Assembly (NCBI GenBank): GCA_038212625.1
Contig: JBBQUH010000005.1
Location: 31,483-95,482 of the forward strand
DNA from: Gemmatimonadales bacterium
GTDB lineage: Bacteria; Gemmatimonadota; Gemmatimonadetes; Gemmatimonadales; Gemmatimonadaceae
Reading direction: 5' to 3'
DNA length: 64,000 bases
Shown here: positions 1 to 10,360 of the stretch, piece by piece
How the letters are laid out: each line of letters opens with the position of its first letter
Position numbering within the stretch: position 1 is the stretch's first letter
Notes under the pieces: generated by a model
What the model was told of the DNA's origin: nothing
Seen by the model: only the letters and a program-made list of their open reading frames with translations
Database searches by the model: none
Program-made: the position numbers and the translations under genes

Positions 1-1283
1 TAGTCCTGCGAGGTAACATCGCGGGCGAGGCCATTGGTGACGTACACGTCCTTCCGTCCATCGAGATCGAGATCCGCTATGAGCGCACTCCAGCTCCAGT
101 CGGTTTCGGCAACGCCGGCGAGATAACCCACGTCGCTGAACGTGCCGTCGCCGTTATTCCGCTGCAGCATGTTGCGCATCAACTGATGGTGGTAGTCGTT
201 CTGCACCTTGCGCTGATACACATCCCATCCTTCATACATCGCCGTCATCTTGATGCGCTGCTCGTCCTGCGGCATCATATCGGTAGTGTAGATGTCGGGC
301 CAGCCGTCATTATCCACGTCGGCGATATCCATCCCCATGGAGAAGTAGCTTACCACCGGCATCTCGCGGTCGAGTACTTCCTTGAACGTCCCGTCGTGGT
401 TGTTGAGGTACAGGTAGTCGCGTTCAAAGAAGTCGTTGGCCACGTAGAGGTCGGGCCAACCGTCGCGATCGACGTCGCCTACGCCAAGCCCTAGGCCAAA
501 GCCGATCTCCGCGCCCCAGAAGCCTGCGGCTTCGCTCACATCGGTGAAAGTGCCACCGTCGTTGCGATACAGTTTGTGCCCGCCGTACGGATCACGCTCG
601 GCGCGTGTGTTGCGCATACCGAAGCTGTTCACCGGGCGCGGGGAGTTGTTGATGACCACGAGATCGAGATCGCCATCCCGGTCGTAGTCTACGAACGCGG
701 CATGTGTGGAGTAGCCCTCATCCGCCACACCGTACGCTTTGGCCTGCTCCGTGAATGTGGGCACACCGTCGGCACCGGCTCCCTGATTGATCCAGAGCGC
801 GTTGGCGCGGGTGGCGGGTGCGCCCGGTCCCGCATGACTTACATAAATGTCAAGCCGTCCGTCACCGTTCACATCGGCCAGCGCGACGCCGGTGGTCCAT
901 GCTGCTTTGTCGTTGAAGCGCGCCTGCGCCGAGATATCGCGAAAGCGGAACTGCCCTTGATTCAAGTACAACGTGACACCGCCCTGATTGGCAGTCATCA
1001 CAACTTCAGGCAGGCTATCGCCATTCAGATCGCCGATCGCGACCCCACCGCCATTGTAAAAATTACGGTACAGGAAGACGTTCGCTTCCTGCGAGTCCAC
1101 CACGGTGTTTTCAAACCGGATGCCGGTAAAGTCACTGGGCATACGCGTAAACAGCGTGGTCCCAACTGGCGGTGCCATGCTGGAGCGCCGACTCGCGGTT
1201 CCATCCTGGCAGGCGCCGACCAACAACAACGGGGTAAGCAGGCCGATCGCAGATACGGCTCTGGCAGCGACTCTCGATATCAC
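1..1283 (-). CDS. VCBS/FG-GAP-repeat (ASPIC/UnbV, CRTAC1-like) lipoprotein, partial; runs off the left edge
   Basis: Not in ORF track (no stop in window). Hand translation from GTG at 1283: lipobox LLVGAC, NFYNGGGVAIGDLNGD, repeated DxD/NGDG motifs, ETDWSWSALIADLDLDGRKDVYVTNG; lies directly downstream of susD. Confidence 0.85.
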   Translation of the reverse strand, partial: MISRVAARAVSAIGLLTPLLLVGACQDGTASRRSSMAPPVGTTLFTRMPSDFTGIRFENTVVDSQEANVFLYRNFYNGGGVAIGDLNGDSLPEVVMTANQGGVTLYLNQGQFRFRDISAQARFNDKAAWTTGVALADVNGDGRLDIYVSHAGPGAPATRANALWINQGAGADGVPTFTEQAKAYGVADEGYSTHAAFVDYDRDGDLDLVVINNSPRPVNSFGMRNTRAERDPYGGHKLYRNDGGTFTDVSEAAGFWGAEIGFGLGLGVGDVDRDGWPDLYVANDFFERDYLYLNNHDGTFKEVLDREMPVVSYFSMGMDIADVDNDGWPDIYTTDMMPQDEQRIKMTAMYEGWDVYQRKVQNDYHHQLMRNMLQRNNGDGTFSDVGYLAGVAETDWSWSALIADLDLDGRKDVYVTNGLARDVTSQD

Positions 1284-1310
1284 AGCGCGAGTGAAAGGCT
1301 TCTACGAATG

Positions 1311-1345
1311 CCACGGCCTGCGTTCGGAGTGAACGCAGGCCGTGG
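1311..1345. repeat. Perfect 15-bp inverted repeat; intercistronic stem-loop between susD and the ASPIC gene
   Basis: CCACGGCCTGCGTTC-ggagt-GAACGCAGGCCGTGG; no U-tract on either side. Confidence 0.8.
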
Positions 1346-1378
1346 TGACCATCCGTACTACTGGAGACAGACTGTCGA

Positions 1379-2938
1379 TCAGTAGCCCGCGTTCTGCTTC
1401 AGCAGCGGGTTGGTTTCGATCTGGTTCTGCGGAATCGGCATCAGCACGCGGAAAGCGTCCGTAGTGGGCTTGAACAGGCGCGCACTCGTGTAAGTACCGG
1501 CACGGACCATGTCCTGACGCCGCTTGGCCTCCGCCACGAACTCGAACAGCCGCTCCCGGAAGATGGCCTCGCGCAGTTGCGTCTGGTTAATCGTGGTGAC
1601 AAGTGGCTTGGCCGGTGTGAACACCCGAGCACGAATAAGATTCACGATAGCGACCGCTTCGGCCGTCCGTCCCAGCTCGTTGAGCGCCTCGGCCTTGATC
1701 ATATGCATCTCCGCGAGGCGGAAATACACGAAATCATTGCCGTTCATACCGCCACCGCCGCGGTTGGGGTCGACCGTGTACTTGTAAATACGGGCGCCTT
1801 CGCCTTCGGTAGCCTGTGTGGGATCCCGAATTTCCGGCGTAAACACGAGTGGATTGCCGGCGCGATCCCTGATGGGGGCTCCGGTGAGTACGTCCACCTG
1901 CGGACCGGATAGGAACACCGACTTCCGCGCGTCGGCGTTATCGAACGCGTTGTACGTATCGGCAATCGTCGCGAACCCGTTCCACGGCGAATCACTGAAC
2001 GAGTTGTAATGCAGGCCACGCATCACGAATGTCAGGCCAAGACCGTCCTGCGCTGCGTGCCGCACCACGAACACATTCTCCGGCGAGATCTTGTTGTTGC
2101 CAGAGAAATTGGCGCGCCAGTTCGGGTTGAGCGTGTACTGCCCCGAGTTGAGCACACGATCGGCCGCCGTGACGGCCTCGTTCCACTTGGCCGGCCCCCG
2201 CTGAAGTCCGGCAGACGTTACCGTCCCCGTGAAGACCTGAGCGTTGAGGTACATGCTGGCAAGCACCGCGTCGACGCCGCCCTTGGTTATACGACCGAAG
2301 CCATTCGCCGGCCACTTGTCGGGAAGCGCCCCACGTGATTCGGTGAGTTCCTTTTCCACGAATGCAAAGATCTGCGCGCGTGTGGCCTGCTCCCGTGCTT
2401 CCACCTTGGTGTCCGTGACCAGCGGTACGCCGCCGAACATGTCCATGAGCAGGTAATAATAGAAACCGCGGAGCGCGCGCACCTCCGCCACGATAACCGG
2501 TTTGTTGGGCACTTCGGTGGTCTCAAGCGCCGTCAGCACCACGTTCGAGCGCGCCACGCCGGCGAAGAGGTCGTTCCACATACCGCTGATGTCCTCAAGA
2601 CCGGACCCGTTGTTCGGTTCCCACGTCTGACGGTAAATCTGCAGCCAGCGGCCGTTGTCGAACCAGTCGGTGCCACGCGTGGGCACGATGTTTTCGTCGG
2701 TGGACACCTGACTGATGTTGTAATAGCCCCACATGGTGGAACGGAGATTTGCGTACACCGACGCCACACCGCCGAGCACCTCGTCGCCGTTCTTGTAGAA
2801 GTTTGACGGCGTGATCGCGCTGGTGGGCGATTCGCTGAGGTCCGTACATCCATGTACCGTCAGGACGGCGGCCGGGATGAGGAAGGCGGCGCGCAAACGA
2901 TTGGCGCGGTATAGCTGGGAGAGTCGAGAATTTTTCAT
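1379..2938 (-). CDS. susD: RagB/SusD family outer-membrane nutrient-binding lipoprotein
   Basis: Lipobox TVHGC; LRGFYYYLLMDMFGGVP, RLAEMHMIKAEA, ERLFEFVAEAKRRQDMVR, PIPQNQIETNP motifs; follows susC. Confidence 0.93.
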   Translation of the reverse strand: MKNSRLSQLYRANRLRAAFLIPAAVLTVHGCTDLSESPTSAITPSNFYKNGDEVLGGVASVYANLRSTMWGYYNISQVSTDENIVPTRGTDWFDNGRWLQIYRQTWEPNNGSGLEDISGMWNDLFAGVARSNVVLTALETTEVPNKPVIVAEVRALRGFYYYLLMDMFGGVPLVTDTKVEAREQATRAQIFAFVEKELTESRGALPDKWPANGFGRITKGGVDAVLASMYLNAQVFTGTVTSAGLQRGPAKWNEAVTAADRVLNSGQYTLNPNWRANFSGNNKISPENVFVVRHAAQDGLGLTFVMRGLHYNSFSDSPWNGFATIADTYNAFDNADARKSVFLSGPQVDVLTGAPIRDRAGNPLVFTPEIRDPTQATEGEGARIYKYTVDPNRGGGGMNGNDFVYFRLAEMHMIKAEALNELGRTAEAVAIVNLIRARVFTPAKPLVTTINQTQLREAIFRERLFEFVAEAKRRQDMVRAGTYTSARLFKPTTDAFRVLMPIPQNQIETNPLLKQNAGY

Positions 2939-2967
2939 GATTGGTTGCGTGATCGGTTCAGAGTGAA

Positions 2968-5900
2968 TTAAAACTGAACGCGGAGTCCCGAGGTAAAGGT
3001 TCGGGCACGCGGGTAGGCGAGATAGTCAATGCCACGGGCAGCGAGGCCGGCGTCGACGAACACTTCCGGATCGAAACCGGTGTACGGCGTGAACAGCAGC
3101 AGGTTGTCGCCCGACAGATAGAGCCGGGCGTCACCGCCGCGACCCTGTGTGAACGGCAGCTTGAACGTGTAGCCCACCGTGACGTTCTGGAGCCGCAGGA
3201 ACGAGCCGTCTTCGATCCAGCGGTCGGAATAGATGGCCGGCTCCGAGAGTGCCTGCTTCGAGTCGAGCGCCGACTTCAGGAAGTTCCGGTCCTGCAGAAT
3301 GGCGCCAGTGTTCGCAAAGACGAGCGCGGTGTTGTTGAACACATCGCGGCCCATTTCGGCACGCATCAGGAAGCTGGCGTCGAAGCGCCCCTTCTTGAGG
3401 TTACTGCGCAGGCCGAGGCTGTAGGCCGGATTGGCATCGCCGATAATTACCGCGTCGTCACCACCGGGCGACAGGGTCGTCCCATCGAGCGCGCGGCTCG
3501 TTTCCTGACCGGACCCATCGCGGGTGACCTTGTACTTATTGAACAACTGGCGACCCTGCGCATCGAGGCCTACGAACTCGGGGCCAAAGAACGTGCCGAG
3601 CGGCTGCCCTGGGATGATGCGCTGCGCGAGCTGTCCCGACTGCCCCTGACCGCTGACGCCGCTGGTGGGGATGAACGAGCGACCGCCCAGATCTTGCACT
3701 TCGTTGCGCTCCACGGCCAGTACCAGGCCGGTGGACCACGTCGTGCTGCGGCTATCGAGAATGTTCGCATCGAGCGTGGCCTCAAAACCACGGTTCGTGA
3801 GGCTGCCGACATTCTCGAGACGCGTGGGCACCAGCGCCGGCTGCGGGACGGCCACCGTGAGCAGCAAGTCGTCCGTGGTCTTATTGTAGAACTCGAGGCT
3901 GCCGGTGATCCGGTTGTTTTTAATACCGTATTCTGCGGCGATATTGTAGCTCGTCGTCTGCTCCCACTTCAGATTCGGGTTGGCGTTACGCGTCGGCACG
4001 ACACCCGTGAACACGCCGTCGCCGAACGGATAGCGCGCGCCATCATTCGGCTCGAGCAGAATCAGCGATGCATACGGGGTCACCGCCTGGTTACCCACCA
4101 CGCCGTACCCGCCACGGAGTCGCAGATTCGAGAATCCCTTGCCCTGCATGAAGCCTTCGTCGCTGATCTTCCAGGCGCCGGACACGGCCGGGAACACCGA
4201 CCACTTGTTCCCTTCACCGAATTTCGTCGACCCGTCACGACGGATCGCGCCGGACAGGAAGTACTTATCCTTCAGGCTGTAGTTGGCGCGGCTGAAGAAC
4301 GAGACCAGGCGGCTCTGCTCGCGGAACGAGAAGGGCGGCACCTGAACGCCACCACCACCGCCGAGGTTGTTGAAGCTGAACGCGTCGGTGAGGAAGTTGC
4401 GACCTTCAGCGCCAAACTCGCCGTTGTCGAAGTCGGAGAACTCATAGCCACCCAACACTTCGAATTCCTGCGACCCCGAGATACGCGGCGCGAACGTGAG
4501 CAACGACTGCAGCGTGTTGTTCGACAGCTCACGGTTCACTTGACGCGCGCGGCCATTCCACTCGGCGCCCACGGGGCTCGCACGCGGTAGGTACGTCTTG
4601 CGCACACCACTCGAGCGGTCGGTACCGACATTGACCGAGCCCGTGAGGGACGGCAGGAAGCTATAGGACGCCTGGATATTACCCAGCGTTCGCGCGGTCG
4701 TGGCGACGTCTTCGATCTGCGTGGCCAAGGCCACCGGGTTCCGCACCGACTGCCGACCCGGGCCGATTTCGAAGAAGGTGGTGATCCCATCCGTTGTCGT
4801 GGTCACCGGGCGGGTGGGGTTGAACACCGCCATGTTGGCGAACACCCCGCCCTCGAAGCCACCTGTGTTTTCGAACGGCAGGTAGTCGTTATTTATTGAC
4901 GAGCTGGTCAGGTTCAGCGCGAGCCGCAGCTTGCCTTCCATCGCGAGATGATTGGCGTTGATGCGCCCCTGAAAACGACGGAACCCGTTCGCGAGCACGA
5001 CGCCCTGCTGATCCATGTAGTTCAGCGACGCGCGGTACTGCGTGGTGGAGTTACCACCAGAGAACGCGAGATTGTGGTTCACGGTGGCGCTGGCTTTCGT
5101 GAGCTCATTCTCCCAATCGGTGTTCGCCGTGCCGAGGCTCTGCAAGCGAGTGGCGTTCACCGTACCGGCCGTCACCTGCGATTGCACGTACGTGCGATAT
5201 TCGTCGCCGGTGAGGAAGTTGAGTGTGTTCGACGGGGTGGACATCGCCATGTACGTTTCGTATTCCACCGACGACACGCCCGCCGCGCCGCGCTTGGTTT
5301 CGATCAGCACCACGCCATTGGCGCCGCGGCTGCCGTAGATAGCCGTGGCCGAGGCGTCTTTGAGCACCGTGATGTTCGCGATGTCGCTCGGGTTGATCGT
5401 GTTGAGCGGGCTGCGGTTGAGCGACGCCGTGCCGCCGATGCCGATACCGGCGGCTTCGGTTGCATCATTCTGGATGGGTACACCGTCGATCACGTAGAGC
5501 GGTTCGTTGCTCGCGCTGATCGACGTACCTCCGCGGATGCGAACCTGCGCGCCGGCGCCGGGTTCACCATTATTGGTGATCACGTTCACGCCCGCTACGC
5601 GGCCCTGCAGCAGGCCGTTCACGTTGGGAATCACACCGACATTCGCATCATCGCCCTTCACCGTGGCCACGGAGCCAGTGATCGATTCGCGGCGCTGCGA
5701 ACCGTAACCGACCGTGACGATGGACGTGAGCGTCGCCGCCACCGGCGAAAGCGTCACATCGACGGTGGCTGTCTGGTTGGCGTTCACCGTGACCGCGACT
5801 TCCTTGGCCGTGTACCCGATGCGGGCCACGCGGATTCGCACCGCCCCCGACGGGACATCCTGGAGGAGAAAACCACCGTCTCCTCGGGTATACGTGCCGA

Positions 5901-6063
5901 GCGTGGACCCCACCAGCTGCACCGAGGCATTGGCGAGCACACCGGCGGACGCGGAATCCACCACGCGACCGGAAATTCTGCCCGTTGCTTGGGCACTGAC
6001 CTGACCCGCCGAAAGCAGCACACCAGCTGCTGCCGCGACGAACCAACGGACGCCTACCGCCAT
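2968..6063 (-). CDS. susC: SusC/RagA family TonB-linked outer-membrane transporter
   Basis: Signal peptide, carboxypeptidase-regulatory-like N-domain, KDASATAIYGSRGANGVVLIETKRG signature, NPNLKWEQT, C-terminal YPRARTFTSGLRVQF. Confidence 0.95.
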   Translation of the reverse strand: MAVGVRWFVAAAAGVLLSAGQVSAQATGRISGRVVDSASAGVLANASVQLVGSTLGTYTRGDGGFLLQDVPSGAVRIRVARIGYTAKEVAVTVNANQTATVDVTLSPVAATLTSIVTVGYGSQRRESITGSVATVKGDDANVGVIPNVNGLLQGRVAGVNVITNNGEPGAGAQVRIRGGTSISASNEPLYVIDGVPIQNDATEAAGIGIGGTASLNRSPLNTINPSDIANITVLKDASATAIYGSRGANGVVLIETKRGAAGVSSVEYETYMAMSTPSNTLNFLTGDEYRTYVQSQVTAGTVNATRLQSLGTANTDWENELTKASATVNHNLAFSGGNSTTQYRASLNYMDQQGVVLANGFRRFQGRINANHLAMEGKLRLALNLTSSSINNDYLPFENTGGFEGGVFANMAVFNPTRPVTTTTDGITTFFEIGPGRQSVRNPVALATQIEDVATTARTLGNIQASYSFLPSLTGSVNVGTDRSSGVRKTYLPRASPVGAEWNGRARQVNRELSNNTLQSLLTFAPRISGSQEFEVLGGYEFSDFDNGEFGAEGRNFLTDAFSFNNLGGGGGVQVPPFSFREQSRLVSFFSRANYSLKDKYFLSGAIRRDGSTKFGEGNKWSVFPAVSGAWKISDEGFMQGKGFSNLRLRGGYGVVGNQAVTPYASLILLEPNDGARYPFGDGVFTGVVPTRNANPNLKWEQTTSYNIAAEYGIKNNRITGSLEFYNKTTDDLLLTVAVPQPALVPTRLENVGSLTNRGFEATLDANILDSRSTTWSTGLVLAVERNEVQDLGGRSFIPTSGVSGQGQSGQLAQRIIPGQPLGTFFGPEFVGLDAQGRQLFNKYKVTRDGSGQETSRALDGTTLSPGGDDAVIIGDANPAYSLGLRSNLKKGRFDASFLMRAEMGRDVFNNTALVFANTGAILQDRNFLKSALDSKQALSEPAIYSDRWIEDGSFLRLQNVTVGYTFKLPFTQGRGGDARLYLSGDNLLLFTPYTGFDPEVFVDAGLAARGIDYLAYPRARTFTSGLRVQF

Positions 6064-6291
6064 AAATTATTGCCTCCGTAAAGGCTGGAATAAGGACCAT
6101 GCCATACGCGAAGTGCGGACCGCCGGCGCTGCCGGACGCCAACACGTTACTGGTGACGCGGGTACCACAGAGAGCGCGGGGAGAAACGCGTGCCTCGCCT
6201 CGTCGCCCAGGCGACCTGGGAAGACTGGTTCGGCGTACGATCGCGATTCGGGAGGGGTGAGTCGCGTTTTGGGCGGGATTAACTAAAGCCT

Positions 6292-6320
6292 ATGAAACAG
6301 TCGTATAGGCATACTGTCAA
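6292..6320 (-). promoter_or_regulatory. Putative sigma70 promoter for susC operon
   Basis: Minus strand TTGACA (6315-6320)-N17-TTTCAT (6292-6297) inside an AT-rich island. Confidence 0.5.
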
Positions 6321-6453
6321 GATTTATCTTATGTAAGAGCTCGCTAGCGCGTGCGCGGCCCCACGACGAGTTTGCGGCGTGGACCCATTCCGGCACGGTC
6401 CTTCCGTCGCGCGGTCCGCCCTCCCCACCGCACCCATTTCCCCGATTTCTCGA

Positions 6454-8829
6454 ATGAGCCTTACCGCATTTGCATTCGTGGCGCAGCTCGCCGCCGGCAG
6501 CAGTGCGTCGCCGGCGGTTCTGATTTTTCCAGAAATTGGAATGGATGATCCGGTCGCCTACGCTGGGTACGAGACTCGCTTTTACAGGGACGCCGACCGC
6601 AATACCCTCCAGATTTATTACGATCGGCGCCTGGGACGGCTTGTCCATCTCTGGGCCAATGGCGAAAACGAAAGCCTCGGTCTGTCCGCCCGCGACGATA
6701 CGGGCGCCCCCGTAACCCTCACCTGGCCCACGGGCGCCCTCCGGGTAGACCGCACCGGCCGTTGGTCGAGCGCCAGCTACACCGTGACGACCGATGCCCC
6801 GGCGGTCACCCTGGGACGCTTCGTGTTCGGCTCCATGCGCATCGAACGCGACGTACAATATGACGGCGCCCACCGTGCGCCCTTCACCGATCCGCCATAC
6901 GTCCTCCGGGAGTTCGCCGAACTCGCCAGCACGCTCGACGGCGCCGCCCCAGCGGCGCGCGCCGCTGCCCTGCAGCTCCTGAACGCCAGCACAGTCAAGC
7001 AGCTGCGGGGCCGCCTCTCCCCGCAATACCACGGACGCAACGGCGCATCGGGCACCGGGTCGGTCCGGCTGGTGCAGCCTGCGCTCGATGGCCTCGACTC
7101 CCTTGAGCTCATCATCACGCCCTCCGCACGAACCACCGTCACCCAAGCGGGTGCCTCCTCGGTGCGCCTCACACGCGCCGGCACTGAGCCGTTGGCAATG
7201 ACCATCACCATTCGCACCACCGGGCGGCCGCTCACACCGCTCTCCCGTACCGAGATCTTCACGGCCGACTTTCTCCGTTTCGCCGACGAAGTAAGTCGCG
7301 GCGCCGATACAACCCGCGCCCGCCGGATCGAACGCCAGATCCGAGGCGTCGAACTCCTGTCCTCGCGCGAAAAGCTGATGGCCGGTCTGCCCACCTACGC
7401 CACGTATTTCGGACGGGACATGCTCATGTCGGCGCTGATGATGCAGCCGATCTGGCATGAGCAGATGGCGGAATTCGTGATCGCCGCGGCGCTGCGTAAA
7501 CTGGCGCCGAACGGCCAAGTGAGTCACGAGGAAGCGATCGGCGGCCAAGCAATCCGCGAATCGGCGGCGGAATACGTGATGCTCCTGAACTCCGGCCAGC
7601 CCGAACGCGCCCTGACAGCGCTCCGTACGCGCCGCACCACGCGCGAGAACTATCACATGATCGACGACGAGTTCCAGTTGCCCATCATGATCGCCCGCTA
7701 CCTGGCCGATGCGCGCGTGAGCGCCAGCCGCAAGCGGACCTTTCTCACCGATACCATCGATGGTCAAGGCCCGCGCCTCGCGCGTATCCTCGCCGCCCTG
7801 CACGTGGTGGCCGAGCAGTCGGCCGGCTACGCAGACTCCCCTACCGCCGATCAGCTGATCCCGTTCGCGAAACGCGACAGCGTACGCTGGGCGTCATCCA
7901 GCTGGCGTGACAGCGGCGCCGGCTATGCGAACGGCCGCTATGCCATGGATGTAAACGCGATTTATGTGCCGCATGCGCTGCTAGCGCTGCAGCAGATTCT
8001 TTCACAGCTCGGCGCGCTGGGATGGACATCGGAAGCACTCATCCGCGAACTCCCGGCAGGCGCACCGTCCTCCACGCTGGCACGGTATGTCCGCGACAGC
8101 CTGGCGTTGCAGCGCGCCGTACGCACGTGGCAGGGTGCGCACCGGCATTTCACGGTGTCGCTCGATGGACCCGACGTCCGACGTCTGGTCACTGCCCGGG
8201 TGGCCGCGATGCCGCCGGTGGAGCGTGCGCTGTGGACAGAGCGATTAGCCCGCGGCGCAGGAGCCCCGGATAGCGCGCTGACGTTTCTTTCGGTGGCGCT
8301 TGATGCGAATACACAACCGCTGGCCGTCGTGAACACCGACCCTGCCACGCGGCTCTTCCTCGACGGGCTCACTGGGCAACGCGCCTCCGGCGACGAATCA
8401 CGCGCCGCGCGCGAGCGCGACGTCTCCACGTTCGTGCGCGATTATCCGGTGGGACTGTTCATCGACCGCATCGGCCCGGCCGTGGCGAATGATGCGTACG
8501 CACCGCCGGTGGTGTGGGAGCAATTCCTCGCCGATCCGTATCACGGACCACGCGTGGTGTGGGGCCGCGAGGTGAATCTCTTTCTGTTGGGCGTTGCGAG
8601 CGCACTGCGCGCGATGCCTACCAACTCGCCGGACGCTCGGTCACTACGTGACGCCGCCAACCGGGTACGCGAGGCCGTGACCCGCTCCGGATTCCATAGT
8701 GAGCTCTGGAGCTACGGGTTTCCCCAAGGTACGCCGTCCGCACAGCGTTATGGGAGCGGCGCCGATGTGCAACTCTGGAGTACCACGGATCTCGCCGTGC
8801 AGTACGTGTGGGCACGACTTCCGCAGTAA
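6454..8829 (+). CDS. Glycogen-debranching-like (alpha/alpha)6 glycoside hydrolase, possibly exported; family uncertain
   Basis: SSREKLMAG..YATYFGRD, WRDS and C-terminal QLWS motifs; precedes malQ. Start taken at ATG 6454 (ORF track opens at 6379). Confidence 0.6.
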   Translation: MSLTAFAFVAQLAAGSSASPAVLIFPEIGMDDPVAYAGYETRFYRDADRNTLQIYYDRRLGRLVHLWANGENESLGLSARDDTGAPVTLTWPTGALRVDRTGRWSSASYTVTTDAPAVTLGRFVFGSMRIERDVQYDGAHRAPFTDPPYVLREFAELASTLDGAAPAARAAALQLLNASTVKQLRGRLSPQYHGRNGASGTGSVRLVQPALDGLDSLELIITPSARTTVTQAGASSVRLTRAGTEPLAMTITIRTTGRPLTPLSRTEIFTADFLRFADEVSRGADTTRARRIERQIRGVELLSSREKLMAGLPTYATYFGRDMLMSALMMQPIWHEQMAEFVIAAALRKLAPNGQVSHEEAIGGQAIRESAAEYVMLLNSGQPERALTALRTRRTTRENYHMIDDEFQLPIMIARYLADARVSASRKRTFLTDTIDGQGPRLARILAALHVVAEQSAGYADSPTADQLIPFAKRDSVRWASSSWRDSGAGYANGRYAMDVNAIYVPHALLALQQILSQLGALGWTSEALIRELPAGAPSSTLARYVRDSLALQRAVRTWQGAHRHFTVSLDGPDVRRLVTARVAAMPPVERALWTERLARGAGAPDSALTFLSVALDANTQPLAVVNTDPATRLFLDGLTGQRASGDESRAARERDVSTFVRDYPVGLFIDRIGPAVANDAYAPPVVWEQFLADPYHGPRVVWGREVNLFLLGVASALRAMPTNSPDARSLRDAANRVREAVTRSGFHSELWSYGFPQGTPSAQRYGSGADVQLWSTTDLAVQYVWARLPQ

Positions 8830-8899
8830 TGCGGTGCGTATCCGCGACGTCCGATCTCCCATCGGTCGCCGCTTCATTCCCCCTCCGATCCTTTCGCGC

Positions 8900-10360
8900 A
8901 TGCAGTTCCCTCGCGCCGCCGGTCTTCTGCTGCACCCCACGTCGCTCCCCGGTCCCGGTGGTATCGGTGATCTGGGCCCCGACGCAATCCGCCTGGTGGA
9001 TTGGCTCGCGGAGACCGGCCTCACGATCTGGCAGGTGCTGCCGCTTGGCCCCACCGGGTACGGTGATTCGCCGTACCAGTGCTTCTCCGCCTTTGCCGGC
9101 AATCCGCTGCTTATTCACGTGCCCGGCTTCGAGAGTGAAGGGCCCGCGCATACCGTACACTTCGGCGCCTTGATTCCGCACAAGCAGGCTGCGCTCACAC
9201 GCTGGCTCGAATCCGTACCGCTCGACACGCGCATCGAGGCGTTCGTGAAAGAACATTCCGCGTGGCTGCCCGACTTTGCGCTGTTCATGGCGCTCAAGCA
9301 GGCCCACGATGGGGTCTCTTGGACTTCGTGGGAACCGGGCGCGGCCCAGCGCGACCCGTCGGCGCTGGCGATGTGGCGCGTGCGACTGCAACCGACAATT
9401 GCGCGGATCTACAAAGAACAGTTCATGTTCTTCACACAGTTCCGTACACTGCGCGCTGCGTGTGCGGATCGCGGCATTCAGGTCATGGGGGACGTGCCCA
9501 TCTACGTCGCGCACGATTCTGCCGATGTCTGGGCCAACCGGGAGTTGTATCTGCTCGAGGCCGACGGCACCCTGTGCGTGCAGGCCGGAGTACCACCCGA
9601 TTACTTCAGCGAGACCGGCCAACTGTGGGGCAATCCGCTGTATGATTGGCCGCGTATGGCGGCCACCGGGTACGCGTGGTGGATCGATCGGATGCGCGCC
9701 GCGTTCACGATGTTCGATCTCGTGCGCCTGGATCATTTCCGCGGATTCGAGGCCTATTGGGAAGTGCCGGGCAAGGACACCACCGCCGTCAGTGGCCGGT
9801 GGGTACAGGGGCCCGGTGCCGCGCTCTTCACGGCCATCACGAACGCGCTCGGCCCCATGCCCATCGTGGCGGAAAACCTCGGCATGATCACGCCGGCAGT
9901 GGAGACACTGCGCGAGCAATTCGGCTATCCGGGTATGAGCATCCTGCAGTTTGCCTTCGATGGCCAATCATCGGATTTTATCCCGCACAAGTACATCCGT
10001 GAGCGGGTGGTGTACACCGGCACGCACGATAATGACACCACGATGGGCTGGTGGAGTTCCACCGGCGAGGGCGATTCCACGCGGAGTGCCGAGACTGTCG
10101 CCGCCGAGAAGGCCTTCGCCATGCGCTACCTCGCCACGGATGGCCAGGCGATGCATTGGACACTGATACGCGCGGCACTGGCGAGTGTCGCCAACACCGT
10201 GCTCGTGCCCATGCAGGACGTGCTCGGTCTGGGAAGTGCCGCGCGTATGAACCTCCCCGGCCGACAGTCCGGCAACTGGGGGTTCCGTTTCTCGTGGGAC
10301 GACCTGACGCCTCACCTGACCACGCGCCTCCGGGAGCTGGTCGCCACTTACGAACGATGA
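8900..10360 (+). CDS. malQ: 4-alpha-glucanotransferase (amylomaltase, GH77)
   Basis: GLLLHPTSLP, GDSPYQCFSAFAGNP, RLDHFRG, AENLG, YTGTHDNDT; ATG at 8900. Confidence 0.95.
   Translation: MQFPRAAGLLLHPTSLPGPGGIGDLGPDAIRLVDWLAETGLTIWQVLPLGPTGYGDSPYQCFSAFAGNPLLIHVPGFESEGPAHTVHFGALIPHKQAALTRWLESVPLDTRIEAFVKEHSAWLPDFALFMALKQAHDGVSWTSWEPGAAQRDPSALAMWRVRLQPTIARIYKEQFMFFTQFRTLRAACADRGIQVMGDVPIYVAHDSADVWANRELYLLEADGTLCVQAGVPPDYFSETGQLWGNPLYDWPRMAATGYAWWIDRMRAAFTMFDLVRLDHFRGFEAYWEVPGKDTTAVSGRWVQGPGAALFTAITNALGPMPIVAENLGMITPAVETLREQFGYPGMSILQFAFDGQSSDFIPHKYIRERVVYTGTHDNDTTMGWWSSTGEGDSTRSAETVAAEKAFAMRYLATDGQAMHWTLIRAALASVANTVLVPMQDVLGLGSAARMNLPGRQSGNWGFRFSWDDLTPHLTTRLRELVATYER

Noticed and set aside
576-1385. 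269-aa plus-strand ORF
   Set aside because: Antisense shadow of the ASPIC/VCBS gene, which has clear family motifs
6334-6340. Single TAAGAGC unit in the susC promoter region
   Set aside because: One heptamer is expected by chance; no array
6283-7803. 506-aa minus-strand ORF and other long overlapping ORFs (4948..6081, 11451..12965, 16119..17681, 29405..31006)
   Set aside because: All lie antisense to well-supported genes and lack recognisable motifs
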